Source of the DNA: Bdellovibrionales bacterium
GTDB lineage: Bacteria; Bdellovibrionota; Bdellovibrionia; Bdellovibrionales; JAGQZY01
Reading direction: 5' to 3'
Assembly (NCBI GenBank): GCA_020435205.1
Contig: JAGQZY010000002.1
Span: 22,059 to 86,058 of the forward strand
Length of the DNA: 64,000 bases
The position numbers and the translations under genes are program-made. Positions 47,252-55,487 of this stretch are shown here, piece after piece (the stretch's first letter is position 1; the number at the start of each line of letters is the position of its first letter). The notes below the pieces were generated by a model that made no database searches, was not told the origin of the DNA, and saw only the letters and a list, made by a program, of their open reading frames with translations.

Positions 47252-47866
47252 ATGAAATGGTTTCTCTTTTTATTTTTTACATCTTCCCTCCTATCTCCGG
47301 CCTCCGCCGCCGAAAAGTCAGACTACTGGTATAAAGTCGAGCCAAAAACTAAAGAAGAAAAGAAAGAGAAAAAAGAGTTTTATCCCTACGATAGTTTGGA
47401 AGCCAAGGGTCAAAAGCAACAGTTCCGAGAAGTGGGTTTTTGGTCGCGTGGACCCAAACTGACGGTGGGCCTTGGCTATTTTTTCGATAAAGAAGTTTTT
47501 TAAAATGGAAAAATCAATCGCTGGTTTACGAGTATAGAAATTAGTTTTCGCAACCGATTGTGGCATCGATGGATGGCTGGCGGACAGCTCTTACAAAACA
47601 ACTCCTTCTTGATGTCTGCATCCTGGCACTATATGCCCTCGCGAAAAGCCACTCGGATTTACTATGGAGTGGGAGGGGCCCACAAATTGATTTCGGAAAA
47701 AGAATTCCGCTCTCTGTTTGAGTGGGATCAATATTACATTACTGGTAGCATTGGCTTGGAAAGTCTCCTTTCCCAAACCAGGGGCTGGCGTGGTGAAGTC
47801 AAAGCCTACCTAGCTTCCGGAGATTATGCCTTTCACCTATTGATTAGCTATATTTGGAGTCTATAG
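47252..47866 (+). pseudogene. Small secreted beta-strand-rich (barrel-like) protein interrupted by a single in-frame TAA
   Basis: Track ORFs 47252-47503 and 47558-47866 are in the same frame. The only stop between them is TAA at 47501-47503. The read-through sequence is ...GLGYFFDKEVF*NGKINRWFTSIEISFRNRLWHRWMAGG... The second piece has no ATG with an RBS. Confidence 0.5.
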
Positions 47867-48437
47867 TTGCTTTCCAGGCAAGCACTCTCTCACGAAGTTG
47901 ATCCACATCCCCATCATTTTCAATGACAAAGTGAGCTTTTGTTTTTTTCTGCTCTGGGTCCATTTGAGTGGCCATTCTTTGTTTAGCCTCTTCCTCTGTT
48001 AAACCCTTGCGATCCACCAAGCGCTCAAGACGAAGTTTGTCGGGCGCTATCACTAAAAGGATCGCATCAAATTGATCTTCGAGTTTGTTTTCAAAAAGGA
48101 GAGGAACGTCATAAACAGCCCAATGATACCCAGCGGATTCCAGGAGAGCCCTCTTTTCAGCAACTTTCTTTTGAATCAAGGGATGCAAAATCCCCTCGAG
48201 AACCTCCCTCGACTTCTGACTAGAAAAGACCTTCTCCCCCAGCTTCCTACGATCGATTTGGCCGTCCTCGCCTAAGATCCCATTCCCAAAGTAATTCAAA
48301 ATCCGGTCTTGCTCGATCCGCAGAGCCTGATGGGAGATCTGGTCCGCATCTATAATCGGGATAGCTTGCTCCCTAAGTACGTTCGCGACCGTTGTCTTGC
48401 CACTGGCAATATTACCTGTAAGACCTATCCATTTCAT
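47844..48437 (-). CDS. coaE: Dephospho-CoA kinase
   Basis: I take the start at MKWIGLTGNIASGKTTV (ATG complement of 48435-48437). P-loop present and length about 197 aa. Confidence 0.9.
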   Translation of the reverse strand: MKWIGLTGNIASGKTTVANVLREQAIPIIDADQISHQALRIEQDRILNYFGNGILGEDGQIDRRKLGEKVFSSQKSREVLEGILHPLIQKKVAEKRALLESAGYHWAVYDVPLLFENKLEDQFDAILLVIAPDKLRLERLVDRKGLTEEEAKQRMATQMDPEQKKTKAHFVIENDGDVDQLRERVLAWKATIDSKYS

Positions 48438-48548
48438 GAAGTCAGAATGACACAAAGTAGGGCCATTGAAAATATAACTAACCTAAGGTCTAGTAAAAAA
48501 ACTTCAATTCTTTTAGGGATATGCCGATAGGTTTCTGTCGAGGATATA

Positions 48549-50411
48549 GTGAATAATAATTACGAAACTTTTGGTAATTACGTACTTTTAGAAAAGCTGG
48601 CATCCGGTGGTATGGCTGAGGTTTACCTAGCCAAAAAAATTGCCGCGGGTGGAGTGCAGAAGTTCGTCGCCGTTAAAAGAATCCTCCAACAGTTTTCTGA
48701 CTCTGAAGATTTTATTCAAATGTTTAAAGCTGAGGCTAAAATCGCGATTAACCTCTCCCACAGTAATGTTGTCGCTATTTATGATTTTGGTACTCAAGAT
48801 GGACAGTTCTATATTGTCATGGAGTTTGTCGAAGGTCGAAACCTGCGCCAAGTTCTCAATCGCATGAAAAAAAATAACAAATATCTATCCATTGCCCAAG
48901 TGGTCCACATTACTAAACAAGTCGCAGCAGGCCTCGACCATGCCCATCGCTGCATTGACCCCACCACCGGCCAGCCCCTTAACATCATTCACCGTGATAT
49001 GAGCCCACAAAACGTGATGCTCAGCTTTGAAGGGGAAGCCAAAATTGTGGATTTTGGTATTGCCAAAGCCGAGACTCAAATTGAGTCCACTCGTGCAGGA
49101 ACTCTCAAAGGGAAATTTGGCTATATGAGCCCCGAGCAAGTTGAAGGCCAAGTGATCGACTCTAGAACTGATATCTTTGCCCTTGGGATTATGATTTGGG
49201 AGATGCTAGCCAATCAAAGACTATTTTTAGCAAATAGTGAAATCAACACCCTTCGAAAAATTCGAGAGTGTGATGTACCAAGTCTACGAAAAATCAATCC
49301 CAATATCCCCAGCGAACTTGACCAAATTGTGCAAAAGGCTTTGAAGAAAGATAAATCTCAACGCTACCAAACTGCGGCAGAGCTCAGCCGAGACCTCCAA
49401 GGTTTTCTCAGTCGATTTGATCCTGATTTTTCCGTACAAGATTTTGGTTCTTTTATTAAAAGTCTTTTCTCTGAAGAAATTATTGAGATTCGCAAGAAAC
49501 AAATCGTCTACTCTCAAGTGACTGTAGCGGCATCAACTGCGAACCATGACAATGAGCGCACTGAAGTCGTAACCCAAACCCATTCGACCTTGATTGACGA
49601 CATTTCATTTGATGAAATGTCTTTAAATACAATCACTAAAAGTCAGCAACAAGAAAACACCGGGATTATTCGACAACAAAAAGTAGCCGGACTTGATTTT
49701 TCAAATGCGGGTGTGGATACCAAAAGAAAGTTACAACTCGTTAAAAGAGAGGGTTCCGACCACAGTAAGCAGCTTGGTCAACATACCTTTACCCAATCGC
49801 ACACTTTGACCACAGCAAGACGAAAAAAGAAAAATGGTGATACAGCCGTACTCACAGCCATTTTTGCGATTAGCTTTGTCCTTATTCTTTTCGCTTACTT
49901 AAATAAGTTTCATCCTCAATTTAAAGCGAATTTTTGCCAAAGCGTTCCTATTACTGGCTTCTGTGAAACAACTTCGACCCAAGTGGCAAGTAGCGGAGAG
50001 GTTTTAAAGATTCAATCCAGCCCAAGTGGTGCTGCTGTCTACGTAAACCAACAGATGGTCGGCAAAACCCCACTCGAAGTGAAAGTGAAATCTTTACCCT
50101 TTACTTTAGGTTTACGCCGCTCTGGCTACAAATCTCATATTGAAGAAATTGCAGCTATCCCCGACAGTGGGGCCATTGGAGTCAACCTTAAAAAAGTCCC
50201 CTCTGGTTGGCTTATTGTTCGCTCTGTTGGTGCTGAAATTTACGTGAATGGCTTTAAAGTGGCTTCAGGGCAAAAAGTCTCAGTGCCTGCTAACAGTGAT
50301 ATTCATGTGAAAGCGATTAGCTCTATTAATGGCAAATATACTGAAGAATATGTAAGCGTAAAACCTGGCGCTATTCATAGTATGATAATTACTCCACCCA
50401 CTGGAAATTAA
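48549..50411 (+). CDS. Hanks-type Ser/Thr protein kinase with one TM and extracytoplasmic PEGA-like domains
   Basis: GTG start with GAGGA upstream. Kinase motifs GGMAEVYLAKK, VAVKRI, HRDMSPQN, DFGIAK and YMSPEQ. TM AVLTAIFAISFVLILFAYL. C-terminal LKIQSSPSGAAVYVNQQMVGKTPLEV (PEGA) plus a second similar unit. Confidence 0.9.
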   Translation: MNNNYETFGNYVLLEKLASGGMAEVYLAKKIAAGGVQKFVAVKRILQQFSDSEDFIQMFKAEAKIAINLSHSNVVAIYDFGTQDGQFYIVMEFVEGRNLRQVLNRMKKNNKYLSIAQVVHITKQVAAGLDHAHRCIDPTTGQPLNIIHRDMSPQNVMLSFEGEAKIVDFGIAKAETQIESTRAGTLKGKFGYMSPEQVEGQVIDSRTDIFALGIMIWEMLANQRLFLANSEINTLRKIRECDVPSLRKINPNIPSELDQIVQKALKKDKSQRYQTAAELSRDLQGFLSRFDPDFSVQDFGSFIKSLFSEEIIEIRKKQIVYSQVTVAASTANHDNERTEVVTQTHSTLIDDISFDEMSLNTITKSQQQENTGIIRQQKVAGLDFSNAGVDTKRKLQLVKREGSDHSKQLGQHTFTQSHTLTTARRKKKNGDTAVLTAIFAISFVLILFAYLNKFHPQFKANFCQSVPITGFCETTSTQVASSGEVLKIQSSPSGAAVYVNQQMVGKTPLEVKVKSLPFTLGLRRSGYKSHIEEIAAIPDSGAIGVNLKKVPSGWLIVRSVGAEIYVNGFKVASGQKVSVPANSDIHVKAISSINGKYTEEYVSVKPGAIHSMIITPPTGN

Positions 50412-50459
50412 GTTGATAATCCTCTCATTGTTGTCTAAGAAGGCTGCATAGGAGATTTC

Positions 50460-52217
50460 ATGACTCTGCTTAGCCGCTTTGTAGAAAATGTAGAATTGCG
50501 ACCAAAAGCACAAGCGGTCATTTATATTAAAAAACGTCAGACCTATCACCTCAACTGGCAGCAAGTTTTTGACTTCTGTGAAAATTATTTTTTTGGACTT
50601 AAAAAACTTGGGGTCAGAAAAGGCGACTCTGTGGCTCTTTATAGCGACACCTGTAAAGAGTGGGGATTTCTTGATATTAGCCTCCTCGCCCTCGGTGCAA
50701 AAACGGTCCCACTTTACCACTCTAGCAATACTGAGGACGTGGATTTTATTCTTAAGGACTGTCAAGCTGAAGTGGTTATTGTTGAAAATGAAACTCTGCT
50801 AAAAAAGCTGCAAAAAACTTCGGCTTATAAAGACCAGGTTAAAAAAATTGTTATGATTCACCCTCTTTCTACTAAAGATGAGAGGGTCTTAAGCCTGCAG
50901 GATCTCGTGACCTCCGACCACTCTGGTGATTTTAAACAAGCTTGCCAGGATGTTCAGCTAAAAGACGAAGCGACGATCATCTATACCTCTGGAACCTCAG
51001 GCACCCCTAAAGGGGTGCTCCTTTCCCATCAGCAAATTTATAGCGGCGTATCTGATGTCTTTCCCTTACTTGGGGTTACTCACAACGACGTGACTTTAAC
51101 CTTTCTTCCCTTTTCCCATGTTTTGGGACGAATGGAGCTATGGGGCAGCTATTTTTGTGGCTATACACTTGGATACGCAGAGTCGGTGGATCGCATTCGC
51201 AGAAACCTTCCACAAATTCAACCCACAGTCATTGTGGGTGTTCCTCGTATCTTTGAAAAGATCTATTATGGAATTCAAGCCCAAGTAGAGATTTCAGAAA
51301 CGCGCTTAAAAATTTTCAACCAGGCTTTACAGGTTGGAATGGAAATGGCTCAATGCCGACGGGAGCATCGAGCTCCATCAATGGCATTGGCTCTAAAATA
51401 CCAATTGGCTAGACGACTTGTTTTAAAAAATATCGCCAATAAGTTGGGCGGGCGTTTACGCTTTGCTATTTCGGGAGGCGCCCCTCTCGACCCAGAAATC
51501 GCTCGATTTTTTGAGGCCTGTGGGCTTCCTATTCTTGAGGGCTACGGACTCACAGAAACCACAGGCCCTGTCTTTGTAAACACCCTATTTGAAAGTCGCT
51601 TAGGCCGAGTTGGCAAAGCCATTGGTGACACCAAGGTTCGTTTTGCTGAGGATGGCGAAATCTTAGTCCACGGCAAAAAAGTCATGGTCGGCTATTACAA
51701 CAGCCCAGAGGCCAGTCGAGACGCTTTTACTGAAGACCACTATTTTAGAACCGGAGATATTGGCGAACTTGATGAAGATGGTTTTTTGAAGATCACAGAT
51801 CGCAAAAAAGACTTAATTAAAACAGCGGGCGGGAAATTCATCGCACCTCAAAAACTACAACAACTATTCTCCATTTTTCCATTGATTGGGCACGTGCATA
51901 TCCACGGGGACAAGCGCAAATATGTGGTGGCCCTCATTACACTTGAGCGGGACAGCCTTCTTGATTTTGCAAAAAAGCACAATATCAAAGATGATGATTA
52001 CAACTCTCTATGCAAGAATCCTTTGGTTGAAAAGCGGGTTCGTGAAATTGTGGCCGAGGTTAACCAGCAATTAGCTTCCTTTGAAACCATCAAAAGATAC
52101 ATTGTGCTTGATCATGAATTCACTGTTGAAAACGGAACCCTAACCCCTTCACTAAAAATGAAGAGGAAGGTGATTGATGAACGCTATATGGATGAACTCG
52201 ACTCTCTTTATCTATAA
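50460..52217 (+). CDS. fadD: Long-chain-fatty-acid--CoA ligase (AMP-forming)
   Basis: 585 aa. AMP-binding motif IIYTSGTSGTPKGV, then YGLTET and TGDIG...DRKKDLIK motifs. Confidence 0.85.
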   Translation: MTLLSRFVENVELRPKAQAVIYIKKRQTYHLNWQQVFDFCENYFFGLKKLGVRKGDSVALYSDTCKEWGFLDISLLALGAKTVPLYHSSNTEDVDFILKDCQAEVVIVENETLLKKLQKTSAYKDQVKKIVMIHPLSTKDERVLSLQDLVTSDHSGDFKQACQDVQLKDEATIIYTSGTSGTPKGVLLSHQQIYSGVSDVFPLLGVTHNDVTLTFLPFSHVLGRMELWGSYFCGYTLGYAESVDRIRRNLPQIQPTVIVGVPRIFEKIYYGIQAQVEISETRLKIFNQALQVGMEMAQCRREHRAPSMALALKYQLARRLVLKNIANKLGGRLRFAISGGAPLDPEIARFFEACGLPILEGYGLTETTGPVFVNTLFESRLGRVGKAIGDTKVRFAEDGEILVHGKKVMVGYYNSPEASRDAFTEDHYFRTGDIGELDEDGFLKITDRKKDLIKTAGGKFIAPQKLQQLFSIFPLIGHVHIHGDKRKYVVALITLERDSLLDFAKKHNIKDDDYNSLCKNPLVEKRVREIVAEVNQQLASFETIKRYIVLDHEFTVENGTLTPSLKMKRKVIDERYMDELDSLYL

Positions 52218-53200
52218 ACAGATTCGAATGTCACTTTGAGATCTGCAGAACCCACGTAATCAATTTCTAACTCTTCAGAAATTCGAATCGCATTTGCCAC
52301 AGGATCGTAAGTCCACCCCTTTTGCCCTTGCGGAAGATCGACCCCAGCGTAAGTCACCCGTAAGGTGTTGAGCACAGGTAAAGAATCAAGGTAAATGGTA
52401 GACACTCCACGAACAATTTCTTGCGCAGCTTTGGCTAGACCCGTTCCGTAATCTGTAGAGCAAAGCTCAAAAATACCACCGCGAAACTCGTTAATAGCCT
52501 CTTTAATTTTGAAAGACCCTCCCGGCTGGTCTTCGTGTTGACACCAGCTAGTGGTTAGAGTCTCAACAAGGGCCCCTGTCAAATGAACCTTATTGCGATC
52601 ATAGTTCTTAAGTTTTAAAAGAAACTCAATAAATTCTGATGAACTATAAAAGCTCTGATCTTCCGTATCGGTGACAAATATAATGGCTAGGTGGGCATCA
52701 TCTCTGTAGAACCCCTTATTATAATTATCCACCACAGGCGGCGTAAGCCCCATGATAGCAATGCTAAAGAACTCCTCTTGGGAAAGAGACCCCGTACCTA
52801 CATTTAAAAAGCTGTTGAGTAAGGATTTACCATTAGGGGTGTTGCGCTCTACATAGTTCACCCCATTTTCCATCACCAACCGTCCACCAAAAGACTTTGA
52901 ACCAGTAAAAGTGGGACTCGCCGTCATTACACCAATATGATAGTCAATGAATCGGCTTTTAAAAATCTCGTCAACAAACAAAGCTGAGTTAACTCCCATG
53001 TTGGTCTGTTCTTCATCCATACTAAAGGAGTCATCAACAATAAAAAGAATATCCACTGCAGGATTAAAGGTGACATCTTCAAGTCCCTTATCAATGATCT
53101 TTTTTTCTTTCTCAGCCGGAATTAATTTTTCACCTGGATCGGCTTGACAACCAAGGGCCAACAAAGCCAATCCCACAGCGATAATACGAGTGATCTTCAC
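52208..53200 (-). CDS. Lipoprotein with von Willebrand factor A (MIDAS) domain
   Basis: 330 aa. Lipobox LLALGC. MIDAS motif DILFIVDDSFSM. 4-nt overlap with the upstream gene. Last gene of the 52208-62688 operon. Confidence 0.75.
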   Translation of the reverse strand: MKITRIIAVGLALLALGCQADPGEKLIPAEKEKKIIDKGLEDVTFNPAVDILFIVDDSFSMDEEQTNMGVNSALFVDEIFKSRFIDYHIGVMTASPTFTGSKSFGGRLVMENGVNYVERNTPNGKSLLNSFLNVGTGSLSQEEFFSIAIMGLTPPVVDNYNKGFYRDDAHLAIIFVTDTEDQSFYSSSEFIEFLLKLKNYDRNKVHLTGALVETLTTSWCQHEDQPGGSFKIKEAINEFRGGIFELCSTDYGTGLAKAAQEIVRGVSTIYLDSLPVLNTLRVTYAGVDLPQGQKGWTYDPVANAIRISEELEIDYVGSADLKVTFESVYR

Positions 53201-54792
53201 AGTTTTTTCTCCTTACCGCTTTGGCAACCTTTAGCAATGTCCACACGGTAGTTGGAAAGCTCATCAAACCAAACTTCTCCCTCAAATGGAAACTGAACGG
53301 TGTCTTTGGCCTGGCTCCCAGTACTCCCCTTTTTTACACTAGCGGTTTTACCCTGGGTATCTTCAATCACCCGTTCAGCCATGGCCAACTGCTGAATCAA
53401 TTCGGCTTCAACAATCTGCATCTTCTTGAGGATATCGCCAATCTCTTGCACTTCTTGCTTGGCTAGTTCCTGCATACGCCCAAGGGCTGCCGTGTAACTC
53501 ACGCGAGCCCTGGATTCGATAGCTTTTTTAAATTTTTCCATCTTGGCTTGAAAACCCACTTGGGCTGTTCCACCGCTGAGAGAGCTCGAGTAAAGTTTAC
53601 GAGCCACGTCAGCTTCATGGGCCAATTTCTTTTCTCGTTGGACGAGATAAAAGAGGGATTCATCACGAGTTGAATATCTAGGCACTTCACTGCCATAAGC
53701 ACCCAAGGCTGGCATTTGAGTGCGAGACTCCTTCAACAGAGAGAAAAGCTTTCGCGTCGCCTGAGACTCTGGTGTTTTTTGCATGAGCAACATGCGTTGG
53801 GCTTTGCTTTGAAAACGATTGCGAAATTCCTTAAGCAACTTGCTGAGTTCGGTGTAGTCACAAGTTTTGAGTTGAGCAAGGCTAGTTAAGTAGAAGGTTT
53901 CTGGGCCCACGTCAGCAGTAAAATCTTTCGCCAGTAACGTTTGCGAAATCGCTAATGTGTTCTGAGGCTGACCCAAGCGGATATAGGACCAACCAATTTC
54001 TTCCTGAGCTTCAAACCAGTAGTCCGATTTCTTTTCAACCTTCCCATAGTACTTGATGGCATCATTGAGAAAACCATTTTGGTAAAGAAGGCGCGCTGCT
54101 GTTAGATTCATTAAATTTTGTGAAACAGGATTGTTTTCCGTCACCGTCTGCAAGTGCTTCAAAAGTTTTGCGGCCTTAACATCCTCCCCTTCAGAAATTA
54201 AAGAGGTTACGTACTGCCACTCACTCCAATTGCGCTCCCAAGTCCCTTTCGTCGTTTTACGCAAAAGGGCTTCCCACTGAGCCGCTGGTAGATTCTTATC
54301 AAAGCGACGAGATAAAATGGTGACTTCCGCAGCCACACCAAAGACATCTGTCCACTGAGAGTTCCATTGAACATTGGTATAGGTCCACAAATCTTCATTT
54401 TCTTGCATGAGCCCCTGCCAGAGACGCATCAACCGCTTATTCACCTGGGTGGGTTTAGCTTCAAAGAGAGTCTCTACACCAACAACTTCGAGGCCATTCT
54501 TATAAAGCAAGTATCCATAGAGAGCTCGGCCATTAGCAGAGTTTGCAAAGGAGGTTCCTGAAAAAGCCGACGGCCATTGAAAAAGAGCCTTATCAAATTT
54601 TTGCTCATTCATGAAACCAAGAAAAATATTTTGCTCAGCCGTGGGATAAGGAATCAAAGCATTCAGCAGGCTTTCCTTTTTAACCACCGCCAAACCGTCA
54701 GAGTCGGCTTTACCGTCGAGCACGTCAAGGAGGTTGTCTCCATGGGCCAACGGACTTATGAGTAAGATGAAACTTAATAATAACTTCTTCAT
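53197..54792 (-). CDS. Secreted helical / TPR-like protein
   Basis: I take the start at MKKLLLSFILLISPLAHGDN (ATG complement of 54790-54792). The track's 48 extra codons overlap the upstream gene. All-helical, with TPR-like segments (AARLLYQNGFLNDAIKYYGKV) and a C-terminal coiled coil. Confidence 0.6.
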   Translation of the reverse strand: MKKLLLSFILLISPLAHGDNLLDVLDGKADSDGLAVVKKESLLNALIPYPTAEQNIFLGFMNEQKFDKALFQWPSAFSGTSFANSANGRALYGYLLYKNGLEVVGVETLFEAKPTQVNKRLMRLWQGLMQENEDLWTYTNVQWNSQWTDVFGVAAEVTILSRRFDKNLPAAQWEALLRKTTKGTWERNWSEWQYVTSLISEGEDVKAAKLLKHLQTVTENNPVSQNLMNLTAARLLYQNGFLNDAIKYYGKVEKKSDYWFEAQEEIGWSYIRLGQPQNTLAISQTLLAKDFTADVGPETFYLTSLAQLKTCDYTELSKLLKEFRNRFQSKAQRMLLMQKTPESQATRKLFSLLKESRTQMPALGAYGSEVPRYSTRDESLFYLVQREKKLAHEADVARKLYSSSLSGGTAQVGFQAKMEKFKKAIESRARVSYTAALGRMQELAKQEVQEIGDILKKMQIVEAELIQQLAMAERVIEDTQGKTASVKKGSTGSQAKDTVQFPFEGEVWFDELSNYRVDIAKGCQSGKEKKL

Positions 54793-54802
54793 AAAAAATC
54801 CC

Positions 54803-55483
54803 CTAAAGCATGTAGCCCAAAGAAAAACTTGCCAAAGTGGCATTGATGTCAGTAGCACCAGTGATTCGCTCCACTTGGTAAAAGCGTTGGCGAAGTTCAA
54901 AGCGACTGGTGATGTGCTGTGATATCCAAAGTCCAAAACCTGCGCCCACTGAGTAGGTGTCTTGTTGGCCGGATTTCAAATCAATCTTCCCGTAGGTTCC
55001 AATTCCATAAACATCAAAATGCAGGACTGTATAGTCGAACAAATTGATTTTCCCATAGATGGGCGAAAAGTTAACCAAAAGCTCATAACCTTGCTTGGGT
55101 TGATCAACATCGGGAATCAAGCCATCACTATCAATCAAATAGCGTCCCTCTTTGCTTAGGCTATTAAAGGCTGTAAAGTAACTTAAACCGGCTGACCAAA
55201 ATGGGTTGATATGAAGGTGATAATCAAGGCCTACCGTTTGGGTGTTTAAGTAAGCGTCACCACCAATCACATTGGCATAAGTCGGCGAAAGTTCATTGCG
55301 CCAGCGGCGGCCCACAATACGATCTTGCACCACTTTGACTTTTTTATCGGGCTGCAAAAGTTTAGCTCGGTTGATGAGCACATCGTTGCCACCCAAAGAA
55401 TCAAAATCCTTCATGATGTCGCCGTGAGCAAAAGGAGACACTAAAAATAAAATAACTAGAGTTAATAATTTCTTCATCACCAT
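54803..55483 (-). CDS. Small outer-membrane beta-barrel protein
   Basis: 226 aa. Signal peptide MVMKKLLTLVILFLVSPFAHGD. Alternating aromatic/Gly beta-strand pattern throughout. Confidence 0.6.
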   Translation of the reverse strand: MVMKKLLTLVILFLVSPFAHGDIMKDFDSLGGNDVLINRAKLLQPDKKVKVVQDRIVGRRWRNELSPTYANVIGGDAYLNTQTVGLDYHLHINPFWSAGLSYFTAFNSLSKEGRYLIDSDGLIPDVDQPKQGYELLVNFSPIYGKINLFDYTVLHFDVYGIGTYGKIDLKSGQQDTYSVGAGFGLWISQHITSRFELRQRFYQVERITGATDINATLASFSLGYML

Positions 55484-55487
55484 CTCC

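Noticed and set aside
54793-54936. 48-codon N-terminal extension of the 53197 ORF, plus similar extensions at 12011-12109, 14460-14764, 15487-15576, 19821-19895, 20785-20820, 44208-44246, 44337-44366 and 48438-48455
   Set aside because: In each case an internal ATG or GTG gives a canonical signal peptide or conserved N-terminus, often with an SD sequence. The extension overlaps a neighbouring gene or lacks protein-like character.
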